In this document: positions 32,160 through 41,442 of the stretch, in pieces | How positions within the stretch are numbered: the first letter of the stretch is position 1 | Layout: each line of letters starts with the position of its first letter | Notes under the pieces: generated by a model | What the model was told of the DNA's origin: nothing | The model's database searches: none | The model's input: only the letters and a program-made list of their open reading frames with translations | Assembly (NCBI GenBank): GCA_050698755.1 | Contig: JBOHCK010000001.1 | Location: 140-64,139, forward strand | Source: Streptosporangiaceae bacterium | GTDB taxonomy: Bacteria; Actinomycetota; Actinomycetes; Streptosporangiales; Streptosporangiaceae | Length of the DNA stretch: 64,000 bases | Direction: 5' to 3' | Position numbers and translations under genes: made by a program

Positions 32160-32900
32160 ATGGCAGTCGCAGTCGCCTCGCCACCTCCGGGCACGCTGAA
32201 GCTAGCTCCGTTCCCCGGCACGGTATCCTCCCGCACATACGGTCTGTACCCCAGCAGCCCGACCTCTGTTCACCCAAAGGGGGTGGGTCCCGTTCCGGAG
32301 ACTCTCGAACAGCGCGGTGAGCGCTTCGAGCAGGAGGTGCTGCCCTACCTGGATCAGCTGTACTCCGCAGGGCTTCGGATGACCCGCAACCCGGCGGACG
32401 CCGAAGACCTGGTCCAGGAGACGTTCGCGAAGGCCTACGCGTCCTTCCACCAGTTCCAGCAGGGCACGAACCTGAAGGCGTGGCTGTTCCGGATCCTGAC
32501 CAACACCTTCATCAACAGTTACAGGAAACGGCAGCGCGAACCGCAGCGATCGGGCGCGGAAGACGTCGAGGACTGGCAGCTTGCGCGCGCCGCGTCGCAC
32601 ACCTCCGGGGGGTTGAAGTCGGCCGAAGCCGAAGCGCTAGAACGGCTGCCGGATTCTGACATAAAGGAGGCGCTCCAGGCGCTTCCCGAGGAATTCAGGA
32701 TCGCGGTCTACCTCGCCGACGTCGAGGGGTTCGCGTACAAGGAGATCGCCGACATCATGGATACCCCGATTGGTACCGTGATGTCACGTTTGCACCGCGG
32801 CCGTCGCCAGCTACGCGAACTGCTCCAGGATTACGCTTCGGAACGCGGCCTGGTCAACGCGGGTTCCGAAGCCTCCCTGCCCGGAGAGGAAGGGCGATGA
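32160..32900 (+). CDS. sigH: ECF sigma factor SigH/SigR (thiol-oxidative stress)
   Basis: [49 protein letters not shown] and [19 protein letters not shown] are near-identical to Mtb SigH as I recall it. Long form starts at ATG 32160 and a possible short form at GTG 32283. Confidence 0.9.
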   Translation: MAVAVASPPPGTLKLAPFPGTVSSRTYGLYPSSPTSVHPKGVGPVPETLEQRGERFEQEVLPYLDQLYSAGLRMTRNPADAEDLVQETFAKAYASFHQFQQGTNLKAWLFRILTNTFINSYRKRQREPQRSGAEDVEDWQLARAASHTSGGLKSAEAEALERLPDSDIKEALQALPEEFRIAVYLADVEGFAYKEIADIMDTPIGTVMSRLHRGRRQLRELLQDYASERGLVNAGSEASLPGEEGR

Positions 32901-33169
32901 GCTGCGGAAAACCGCACGAGACTCCGTGCACCGAGGTTCTCGACCGGGTCTACGGCTACCTCGACGGCGAGCTTGACCACCTGGACTGCGCGAAGATCCG
33001 CCAGCACCTGGACGAATGCGGTCCCTGCCTGCGCGAGTACGGCCTGGAAGAGGCGGTCAAGCGCATCGTCGCCAAGCATTGCGGCTGCGACCCGGCCCCC
33101 GCCGAGTTGCGCGCGAAGATTCTCGTCAGGATCAGGGAAGTACGGGCGTCCATCGAGTTCGCCGAGTAG
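32897..33169 (+). CDS. rshA: ZAS-family anti-sigma factor RshA/RsrA
   Basis: 90 aa. The ATG overlaps the sigH stop (ATGA). HxxxCxxC zinc motif (HLDECGPC) plus upstream Cys residues. Confidence 0.9.
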   Translation: MSCGKPHETPCTEVLDRVYGYLDGELDHLDCAKIRQHLDECGPCLREYGLEEAVKRIVAKHCGCDPAPAELRAKILVRIREVRASIEFAE

Positions 33170-33508
33170 CATCGCGCCCCGGGATTTGCCGGGAGTGTGC
33201 AAATTGCGCCGCAAGTGCCTTACTTGATTGCCTATTGTGACAGACGCTCTCACGATTTGTTCACGATGGGATTTTGGGCCTGCGAGATGCGATGTGGCCA
33301 CGTTATCCTTGACTCAGGGCGATATCTACTGAGCTGTAGGTAGTTGCACGTTAGGGAGGTCAGCTCCATGCGTCCCTCCGGCGGAATCACACCTGCCACA
33401 GATGAGGTACCGGCAGGCTCGGCCTACCCGGCCGCCTTCTCCAGGATTACGTGGGGGTAGGAGTCTTGAAGCCTAGCCCGCGTTCTGCGCTCCCTTCCTG
33501 GGGGAAGC

Positions 33509-34954
33509 GTGGCTAGGCTGTCGTGGCCCGCGCGGCTGTACATCGGCGCGATCGTTGCCGCCGCCGCGGTGCTGCTCGTCCGCGGCCCGTTTGGCGGGGT
33601 CACCTGGTGGCACGAGGTCGCCGTGCTCGGCGTTCTGCTGGTGGTTTTCGAGTCGACGGCGACACTGCTGCGCCCGAGGGAGCTGGCGTGGTCGCCGGCC
33701 CCGATCGCGACCCTGGCCGCCGTGGTCCTGGTCGGACCGGTCGGCGCTGCGCTGGTCGGCGCCTGCACCGCGCTGGGGCTGCGGCGCGGTCCCTCGCTGG
33801 TCCAGCGCGTGTTCAACGCCGGCATGCTCGCCCTGTCCGCGTACCTGGCCGGACGAGTCTTCATCGCCGCGCACGGCCACGTCGGGATGCCGGGGTCGGG
33901 CTCGTTCCCCGGGATCATCGGGCCCTTCGCGGTCGCGGCCGTGGTACACGCGGTCGCGAACCACGGGCTGCTCGGTGGCGTGCTCTGGCTGACCAGCGGG
34001 CCGTACAAGCGGGGACGCCGCACCTCCGCGCCCGGCATGAGCCTGGAGCTGATCGTCTCCGATCTCGGCTACGGCGCGTTCGGGCTGCTCATCGCCGCGC
34101 TCTGGAGCGTGACCGGGCTGTTCGCGCCGGTCCTCGTGCTGATCCCCGTCGCCGTCGCCCGCTGGGCCGTGGCGCAGATCGTGGAACAGCAGCGCGCGTA
34201 CGAGGCCGCGGTCGGCGCGCTGTGCCAGGCGGTCGAGACCAAGGACCTCTACACCCGCGGTCACAGCGACCGGGTCTCGCGCGGTTCGGTCATGATCGCG
34301 CGGGAGATCGGCATGCGCGGCGAGCGGGTAGAGGCGCTGCGATACGCGGGCATGCTGCACGATGTGGGCAAGCTCGGCGTGGCGACCAGGGTCCTGCAGA
34401 AGACGGGGAAGCTGACCGAGGAGGAGTACGCGGCGATCCAGCTTCACCCGATGCGCGGGCTCGACATCGTCAGGGAGATCGGGTTCCTGGACGAGGCCCT
34501 GGCCGGGATCATGCACCATCACGAGCGGATCGACGGCCGCGGCTACCCGATGGGCCTGGCCGGCGACGAGATCCCCGAGTTCGCCAGGATCCTCGCGGTG
34601 GCCGACGCGTTCGACTCGATGACGTCCACCCGGTCCTATCGCGGCGCGCGCCCCATCGAGGAGGCGATCTTCGAGCTGAGGCGGTGGGCGGGCACGCAGT
34701 TCGACCCGGCGTTCGTCGACGCCTTCGTGGCCGCGGTCCTGAAGGAGGGCTGGCAGCGCCCCGAGCCCGAACCCATCACCGGTGACCTGCCCGTGATCCC
34801 GTCCCAGGACCACGACGATCCCGCTTCGCCGCTGCGGGTGATCGCCAGCGAGCGGTACCCGGGACCGATCATCGAGCGCGGTCCGCAGGTGCCAGGGAGC
34901 CGCCGCCCGGACCTCCCCGACCGCGGCCCGAACCTGAATAACGCGAACTATTGA
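33509..34954 (+). CDS. membrane-anchored HD-GYP domain phosphodiesterase
   Basis: 481 aa, GTG start. N-terminal polytopic region. HD domain (GHSDRV, LHDVGK) with an intact HHHERIDGRGYP motif. Confidence 0.85.
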   Translation: MARLSWPARLYIGAIVAAAAVLLVRGPFGGVTWWHEVAVLGVLLVVFESTATLLRPRELAWSPAPIATLAAVVLVGPVGAALVGACTALGLRRGPSLVQRVFNAGMLALSAYLAGRVFIAAHGHVGMPGSGSFPGIIGPFAVAAVVHAVANHGLLGGVLWLTSGPYKRGRRTSAPGMSLELIVSDLGYGAFGLLIAALWSVTGLFAPVLVLIPVAVARWAVAQIVEQQRAYEAAVGALCQAVETKDLYTRGHSDRVSRGSVMIAREIGMRGERVEALRYAGMLHDVGKLGVATRVLQKTGKLTEEEYAAIQLHPMRGLDIVREIGFLDEALAGIMHHHERIDGRGYPMGLAGDEIPEFARILAVADAFDSMTSTRSYRGARPIEEAIFELRRWAGTQFDPAFVDAFVAAVLKEGWQRPEPEPITGDLPVIPSQDHDDPASPLRVIASERYPGPIIERGPQVPGSRRPDLPDRGPNLNNANY

Positions 34955-34979
34955 GTACGACGCAGGCGGACGGGCCGCG

Positions 34980-36314
34980 ATGAGCGAACGACGACACGAG
35001 CCGCGCAGGCGCCCCTGGCCGGTGCGCAACTCCGGGCAGCTCCTGCTCATCGCGGCGGCCGGGGTGGTCCTGGTGGCCTCGGTCGCGCAGACCGCCGTGG
35101 CGGGCGTGCGAGACACCCGGATCGCGTTCGCGTTCGGCGCGCTGATCGCGTTCGGCGAGGTCCTGCGGATCAACCTGCCGGGCGACCGCGAATCGGCGCC
35201 GATCGGGATCGCGGGAGCGCTCGCCTACGCCCTGCTCATCCGCGTAGGCGGGTACCAGGTCATGCACAGCGCCGAGCAGGTGGTCACCGTCACTGCGATC
35301 GGGATGATCATCGGCGCGCTCCCGCACCTGGCCGTCGGCCGGCCGGCCAAGGTGAGCAGCATGGCCACGCGGCTGCTCTGCGTCGCGGCCGTCGCGTTCA
35401 TCTTCCGCTCGCTCGCGGACAGCGACGCCATCTCCGGCCACTGGGGCCTGGCGTTCTCGCTGATGACGTCCCTGGTCCTGCTCGCCTTGCTGCTCGAGGC
35501 GCTGCTCACCGCCCTGATGCGGGTGGAAGAGCAGCGTGCCAGGTTCAAGGTGGCGCTGGTGGACGAGATGCGCGTTCAGCTGCCGCTGGGCGCGGCGGTC
35601 GGGGCCTCGGCCCTGCTCATCGCGTTCGCGGCCGAGACGATGGGGCTGGCCGCGGTGGCCGTGTTCACCGCCCCGCTGCTCCTCACGCAGGTGGCCTTCC
35701 GCCGTTATGCGGGGATCCGGGCCACCTATCTGCAGACCGTGCGAGCGCTGGCCAAGGTCACCGAGATCGGCGGGTACGTGGAACCAGGCCACTCCGAACG
35801 GGTGAGCCAGCTCGCCGTCGCCGTCGGCCGCGAGCTAGGCATCCACGAGCCGGAACTGCTCGAGCTTGAGTACGCCGCGCTCATGCACGACATCGGCCAG
35901 CTCTCGCTGACCGATCCCATCCCCGGCGGCGCCACGGTCCTGGCCGCCCCGCACGAGCAGCGCCGCATCGCCGAGCTCGGCGCCGATGTGATCCAGCAGG
36001 CCCAGGTCCTTGGCTCGGTGGCCGAGATCGTCCGCAGGCAGAACGAGCCGTACCGAGGCATCGAGGTGGCGCACGAGGGCCGTGGCCGCCACGCGGCCGT
36101 ATCCCATTCGGCGAGCCCCTCCGGGCCCCCGCTGAGCAGCCGGATCATCAAGGCCGCCAACGCCTTCGACGACCTGGTGGGCAGCTCGATGGACCCCGAC
36201 CGCGCGGCCGCGGCCGTGCAGCAGCTCCGGCTGGACACGGTCAGCGAGTTCGACCCGGACACGGTCGAGGCCCTCAGCCGCGTAGTGCACCGCCGCTCGG
36301 TCATCCAGCTGTAG
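34980..36314 (+). CDS. membrane-anchored HD-domain protein (degenerate, no GYP motif)
   Basis: 444 aa. Polytopic N-terminus. GHSERV and LMHDIGQ are present, but no HHExxDGxGYP block was seen. Confidence 0.7.
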   Translation: MSERRHEPRRRPWPVRNSGQLLLIAAAGVVLVASVAQTAVAGVRDTRIAFAFGALIAFGEVLRINLPGDRESAPIGIAGALAYALLIRVGGYQVMHSAEQVVTVTAIGMIIGALPHLAVGRPAKVSSMATRLLCVAAVAFIFRSLADSDAISGHWGLAFSLMTSLVLLALLLEALLTALMRVEEQRARFKVALVDEMRVQLPLGAAVGASALLIAFAAETMGLAAVAVFTAPLLLTQVAFRRYAGIRATYLQTVRALAKVTEIGGYVEPGHSERVSQLAVAVGRELGIHEPELLELEYAALMHDIGQLSLTDPIPGGATVLAAPHEQRRIAELGADVIQQAQVLGSVAEIVRRQNEPYRGIEVAHEGRGRHAAVSHSASPSGPPLSSRIIKAANAFDDLVGSSMDPDRAAAAVQQLRLDTVSEFDPDTVEALSRVVHRRSVIQL

Positions 36315-36402
36315 CCCATCTCCCGGGGGCCGCCACCCTTCTCGACCCAGTGGCGCCACCACCCCACGGCCCCCACCTGTCCGACCCCAGTAGGCTGGCT
36401 GG

Positions 36403-37746
36403 ATGCTCGAATCGGTGCTCGTCGCCAACCGGGGTGAGATCGCCAGGCGCGTGATCCGCACGGCCCGGCGGCTGGGGGTAACGGCGGTCGCCGTGTACTC
36501 CGACGCGGACGCGGAACTGCCCTACGTCCGCGAGGCCGACCAGGCGGTGCACATCGGCCCGGCCCAGCCCGCCCTTAGCTATCTGAACGCCGCGGCGATC
36601 ATCGACGCGGCGCGCAAGACCGGGGCGGCCTCGGTGCACCCGGGGTACGGCTTCCTCGCCGAGAACGCGGACTTCGCCGGCCAGGTCATCGCGGCCGGCC
36701 TGACCTGGGTGGGCCCGGATCCGGCCGCGATCGAGCAGATGGGCGACAAGATCCGGGCCAGGAACCTGATGGAGCGGGCCGGGGTCCCGGTCTCGCCGGG
36801 CAGCCGCGAGCCGGTCACCGACGAGGCGGCGGCCGTCGCCGAGGCGGACCGGATCGGCTACCCCGTCATGGTCAAGGCCGCCGCGGGCGGCGGCGGGATC
36901 GGCATGGGCGTGGCCTCAGGCGAGGCCGAACTCCGCGCCGCCTTCGCCACGGCCCGCTCGCGCGCCGAGCGTTTCTTCGGCTCGCCGGAGATCCTGATCG
37001 AGCTCTACGTCGAGCGCGCCAGGCACGTCGAGGTGCAGATCCTCGGCCTGGCCGACGGGAGCGTCCTGGCGCTCGGCGAGCGCGACTGCTCGGTCCAGCG
37101 GCGCCATCAGAAAGTCGCCGAGGAGACCCCGTCCCCCGGCGTCTCGCCCGCGCTGCGCGCACAGATGCTGGCCGCCGCCGTCCGGGCCGGCCAGGCCGTC
37201 GGATACCGGGGCGCGGGGACCGTCGAGTGCCTGGTGGACACCGGCGCCGGCTCGTTCGTCTTCCTGGAGATGAACACCCGCCTACAGGTCGAGCACCCCG
37301 TCACCGAGCTCGTCACGGGCCTCGACCTGGTGGAGCAGCAGTTCCTCATCGCGGCGGGGGAGCCGCCCTCGTTTGACCCGGCCGCCGTCCGCCCCGCGGG
37401 GCACGCCCTCGAGCTGCGCGTCTACGCGGAGGATCCGGTCCGGTTCCTGCCGGCGCCGGGCACGATCACCCGATGGGAGGAGCCCGCGGGCGATGGCGTC
37501 AGGGTGGACGCCGGCTACCAGGTCGGCAACACGGTCACCCCGTACTACGACCCGCTGCTGGCCAAGCTGTGCGTCCACGGCGCCGACCGTGCCCAGGCGC
37601 TGGCCCGGGCGCGGGATGCGGTGGCCGCGTTCGCCGTCGAGGGCCCGAAGACGAACCTGGCGTTCCACGCGGAGCTTCTCGCCAGCCCCGACTTCGTCAG
37701 CGGGGACTACGATACGTCCCTGGTAAGCAAGCTGCGTCCCAGGTAG
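36403..37746 (+). CDS. accC: biotin carboxylase subunit of an acyl-CoA carboxylase
   Basis: 447 aa. MLESVLVANRGEIARRVIRT, HPGYGFLAEN, an ATP-grasp region and EMNTRLQVEHPVTE. Confidence 0.9.
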   Translation: MLESVLVANRGEIARRVIRTARRLGVTAVAVYSDADAELPYVREADQAVHIGPAQPALSYLNAAAIIDAARKTGAASVHPGYGFLAENADFAGQVIAAGLTWVGPDPAAIEQMGDKIRARNLMERAGVPVSPGSREPVTDEAAAVAEADRIGYPVMVKAAAGGGGIGMGVASGEAELRAAFATARSRAERFFGSPEILIELYVERARHVEVQILGLADGSVLALGERDCSVQRRHQKVAEETPSPGVSPALRAQMLAAAVRAGQAVGYRGAGTVECLVDTGAGSFVFLEMNTRLQVEHPVTELVTGLDLVEQQFLIAAGEPPSFDPAAVRPAGHALELRVYAEDPVRFLPAPGTITRWEEPAGDGVRVDAGYQVGNTVTPYYDPLLAKLCVHGADRAQALARARDAVAAFAVEGPKTNLAFHAELLASPDFVSGDYDTSLVSKLRPR

Positions 37747-37784
37747 GACAATGTACGCCTGGGTCAATCAGACAGGAGTCGCCG

Positions 37785-37997
37785 GTGGCTGAGATCCGCG
37801 CCGAGATGGTCGCGAACGTGTGGAAGGTTGTCGCAGCAGAAGGTGATCATGTCGATGACGGCGACACCCTGGTGATCCTCGAGTCGATGAAGATGGAAAT
37901 CCCGGTCCTGGCCGAAGGCCCCGGCGTCCTCACTACCCTGCACGTCGCGGAAGGCGACGTCGTCCAGGAAGGCGACCTCATCGCCGTCATCAGCTGA
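37785..37997 (+). CDS. small biotin carboxyl-carrier (biotinyl domain) protein
   Basis: GTG at 37785 after CAGGAG. 70 aa with the biotinylation motif ESMKME. Confidence 0.8.
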   Translation: MAEIRAEMVANVWKVVAAEGDHVDDGDTLVILESMKMEIPVLAEGPGVLTTLHVAEGDVVQEGDLIAVIS

Positions 37998-38314
37998 CCG
38001 GCCCGCTCAAGGACGACGAACCGTGACCGTTCTCGCAGCGCCACGGCCGGACGTTTCCGCGGAGACCCCACGCAATTGCGCGAGGCGTTTCCGCGGAAAC
38101 GCGCCCCGTGAAGTTTCGCTGTATCTGATGCCTCGCTGCCTCCTCTGTCTGGGTGTGCGGCCGACTGCGGATTGTCGGCCGGAGACTCATGCAGGGCGGA
38201 GGAGCAATGCGAGGCCTGAGCGGTATCCGGGTCTGACGGCGAGGACCTGAGCGCCCCGCCGCCGACCGGGCCTGTTCCACCGGGCCCGGTCGGCCTCTGA
38301 CCGCCGGGCCCCGG

Positions 38315-39964
38315 CTATACGCCGGTGGTAGACCGGGGGTAGGCGATCTCGGGGTCGGTGACCACGTTCACGAGGTAGGGGCAGTTCGCGGCGAACGCGC
38401 GGCGCAGGGCCGGGGCGATCTCGCCGGGCGAGGTGACGATCTCGCCCGCGCCGCCCAGGGCCCGGACCACCTCGTCGTACCGGCAGCCCGGCTGCAGGTC
38501 GGCGAGGACGTCATACCCGTACAGGGCGCGCATCGGGTGTTTCTCCAGGCCCCACGCGCCGTTGTTCCCGCAGACGATGACGACAGGGAGCCGGTGCCGG
38601 ACCAGCGTGTCGGCGTCCATCAGCGAGAACCCGGCCGCCCCGTCGCCGAGCAACAGGACGACCTGCGCGGCCGGGCGCGCCAGCCTGGCCGCGATCGCGT
38701 AGCCGAGTCCGGTGCCGAGGCAGCCGAACGGCCCCGGGTCCAGCCACCCGCCGGGGCGGGCGGGCTCGATGTACTTGCCGGCGAACGACACGAAGTCGCC
38801 GCCGTCGCCGATGACCACCGCGTCGTCGTCGAGCACCTTGAGCAGCTCGCCGTAGACGCGGGCTGGGTGGACCGGCTCGGCGTCACTGGCCAGCAGCGGG
38901 GTATCCAGCGCGTGCGCGGCCTGGACCGCCCCGGTCAGCTGCGGCAGCCAGTCCTCGGTCGGCCCCTGCCCGGCCGCGCCGACCTGCGCGACAAGATCGG
39001 TAAAGAACCCGGCCAGGTCGCCCACGGCCGAGGCCGCCAGCGGGCGGTGGGTGGCAATCCCCCTAGGGGCGTCGGCCACGTGCACGACCTGCGCGGGGGC
39101 ATTTTCTGGCCCGAACGACCCATACCCGAGCCTGAAGTCGAGCGGCGTTCCGACCACGATGACCAGGTCGGCTTCGCGCAGGGCCATGGACCTGGCGCGG
39201 GTGGCCAGCAGATCGTGCCCGGCGGGCAGCACCCCGCGTGCCTGCCCGTTGGCGATGACCGGCAGGCGGAGTTCTTCGGCGGCCTGGCGCGCTGCGTATT
39301 CGGCGCCGCCGAGCCACACGTCCGATCCCAGCACCAGGACCGGCCGGCGCGCCGCGCGTAGCAGCGCCACGATCCGGGTGACATCCTCCGGATCCGGCGG
39401 CGCGGCCGGCGGGAGATCCGCCGCCGGCAGGTCTGCCTCGGCCTGCCCGTAGATCGCCTCGAGCGAGATGTCGAGGAACACCGGCCCGCGGTGCGGGGTC
39501 ATCGCCAGGCGGAACGCGTCATCGACCGACTGGGCCAGGTTCGCCGTGTCGTGCTCCGTCCAGGCCCGCTTGGTGACCGGGGCGAGGAGCGGCGGGTGAT
39601 CGATCTCCTGCAGGCTGCCCGCACCCCACCGGTAGTCCGGCGCGCGCCCGCCCAGGACCACCATCGGCGACCCGTTCAGCCAGGCGGTCGTGACCGCGCT
39701 GACCGAGTTGGTGACGCCCGGCCCAGCGGTGACCACGGCCAGCCCGGGGGTCCTGGTCAACCGCGCGGTCGCCTCGGCCGCGAAGACCGCGGTCTGCTCG
39801 TGCCTGACGTCCACCAGCCGCATCGGCTGCCCGCCCTTGACCGCCGCGTCGTACAGCGGGAACACGTGCCCGCCTGACAAGGTGAACATGGTCGGAACGC
39901 CGTACTCACGGGCCACCGCGAGGGCGTGCACTCCGCCGTGACCAGATATCCGCACCACGGGCAC
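38315..39964 (-). CDS. thiamine-diphosphate enzyme (acetolactate synthase-like large subunit family)
   Basis: About 549 aa from GTG 39964 (alternatives 39958 and 39955). GVPTMFTLSGGH, VRHEQTAVFAAEA, GPGVTN and the ThDP motif LLLGDGAAGF...NN. The ORF continues upstream into an unrelated symporter fragment. Confidence 0.8.
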   Translation of the reverse strand: MPVVRISGHGGVHALAVAREYGVPTMFTLSGGHVFPLYDAAVKGGQPMRLVDVRHEQTAVFAAEATARLTRTPGLAVVTAGPGVTNSVSAVTTAWLNGSPMVVLGGRAPDYRWGAGSLQEIDHPPLLAPVTKRAWTEHDTANLAQSVDDAFRLAMTPHRGPVFLDISLEAIYGQAEADLPAADLPPAAPPDPEDVTRIVALLRAARRPVLVLGSDVWLGGAEYAARQAAEELRLPVIANGQARGVLPAGHDLLATRARSMALREADLVIVVGTPLDFRLGYGSFGPENAPAQVVHVADAPRGIATHRPLAASAVGDLAGFFTDLVAQVGAAGQGPTEDWLPQLTGAVQAAHALDTPLLASDAEPVHPARVYGELLKVLDDDAVVIGDGGDFVSFAGKYIEPARPGGWLDPGPFGCLGTGLGYAIAARLARPAAQVVLLLGDGAAGFSLMDADTLVRHRLPVVIVCGNNGAWGLEKHPMRALYGYDVLADLQPGCRYDEVVRALGGAGEIVTSPGEIAPALRRAFAANCPYLVNVVTDPEIAYPRSTTGV

Positions 39965-39989
39965 GACGCTACCAGCCAGTAGCCGGTTA

Positions 39990-40426
39990 GGTCCCGGGGG
40001 CCGCCGGGACGGGGACCGGGGTCGGGGTCGGGTCGTCGGTGTACTGGTGCGGGAGGGTTTCGTCGGCGAGCCCGCCCAGTGCGACGTGGTCGGCGTCGCC
40101 ACCTTGTAGGCGGCGATCGTGCCGAACACCATGCCGCCCAGCCACCCGGCCAGCAGCGCCCACCGGTCGAGCCAGCGGGTGAACAGGCCGAAGACCAGGG
40201 CCGGGAACGTCTCCAGGATCCAGATGCCGCCTAGCAGCTGCAGGTTGATGGAGAACGTGTGCGGCAGCTCGATCGCGAACAGCAGCGCCCCGACCTTGAC
40301 CACCAGCGAGACCCACTGCGCGACCCGCGTCTGGAGCTGGGGGCTGGCGTCGGGCTTGAAGAACTCCCTCCCAATACCGCCGTTCGGCAATGCTTGGTGC
40401 GCATGAAAGGTATATTGCCGCCCCAT
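39990..40426 (-). pseudogene. 5'-truncated sodium:solute symporter (SSS family) remnant, in frame with the downstream ThDP enzyme gene
   Basis: VAQWVSLVVKVGALLFAIELP...NLQLLGGIWILETFPALVFGLFTRWLDRWALLAGWLGGMVFG resembles only the last 3-4 TM helices of SSS transporters. About 350 N-terminal residues are missing. Abutted by an AT-rich segment. Confidence 0.6.
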
Positions 40427-40570
40427 TTGCCAGTGACTGTGACTATCTATCTGCCCTGGTCAAGAGGGCGTATGTTAGCAATTATCACTTATTGATACTT
40501 AGTCGACAATCATGAGAGGTCCGCTAAAATGTCAGCGGGCGAGAATCAACTCCCCTAAGCGCCGCATTGG

Positions 40571-41332
40571 TTACTTGCGGAGCCTGGTGACGAACTTGTA
40601 CCGGTCGCCCCGGTACCACGATTGCGCCCACTCGACCGGCGCGCCCGTGATGTCGAAGGCGTGCCTGGACAGCAGCAGCAGGGGCAGCCCGGCGTCCACC
40701 CCGAGCAGCGCGGCGTCGTGCGGGTCGGCCAGCACGGTCTCGATCGTCTCCTCCGCCTCCGCGAGCTGGATGTCGTAGTCCACCCGCAGCGCTTCGTACA
40801 GCGACTTGTGCCGCTCCAGACTCCTGCGCAGGCCGGGGAAGCGCCGGGCGGGCAGGTGCGAGGTGTCGATCGACATGGGCTCGCCGTCTGCGAGCCTGAG
40901 CCGGTGGATGCGCAGCGCGCGCCCGCCGGTCCGGATGCCGAGCAGTACCGCGAGCGCCTCGTCTGCGGTGACGTACCCGATGTCAAGGATCTTGGTCTGC
41001 GGGTGCAGGCCGAACGCCCGCATGCCCTCGGTGTAGCTGGCCAGTTCGAGCAGCTGGGCGACCTTCGGCTTGGCTACGAACGTGCCCTTGCCCTGCATGC
41101 GCAGCAGCCGGCCTTCGATGACCAGCTCAGCCAGCGCCTGCCTGACCGTGGTACGCGAGGTTCCGTAGGCGCGCGCGAGTTCCCGCTCCGGCGGAACGGG
41201 GCTGCCCGCGTCCAGGCTGGAGGTCAGCTCGAGGAGCTGCCGTTTCACCTGGTAGTACTTGGGCAGCCGCAATGCCATCTCCACCGGAGGACTACGGACG
41301 GGTTCATCGGCCGGCAGGGGAGAAGCGGTCAT
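40571..41332 (-). CDS. GntR-family transcriptional regulator (HutC subfamily, UTRA domain)
   Basis: 253 aa. The wHTH region is [40 protein letters not shown], followed by a UTRA-like C-terminal domain. Confidence 0.85.
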   Translation of the reverse strand: MTASPLPADEPVRSPPVEMALRLPKYYQVKRQLLELTSSLDAGSPVPPERELARAYGTSRTTVRQALAELVIEGRLLRMQGKGTFVAKPKVAQLLELASYTEGMRAFGLHPQTKILDIGYVTADEALAVLLGIRTGGRALRIHRLRLADGEPMSIDTSHLPARRFPGLRRSLERHKSLYEALRVDYDIQLAEAEETIETVLADPHDAALLGVDAGLPLLLLSRHAFDITGAPVEWAQSWYRGDRYKFVTRLRK

Positions 41333-41442
41333 CCGGCATCATTGCCTTAATGAAGGGTTAACGTCAACTCTGCCATGGTCCCGCACCTGAGTCAGTGCCC
41401 GCACCAGGGAATCCGGTCAGGCCGTGATGCGATGATGATGCT

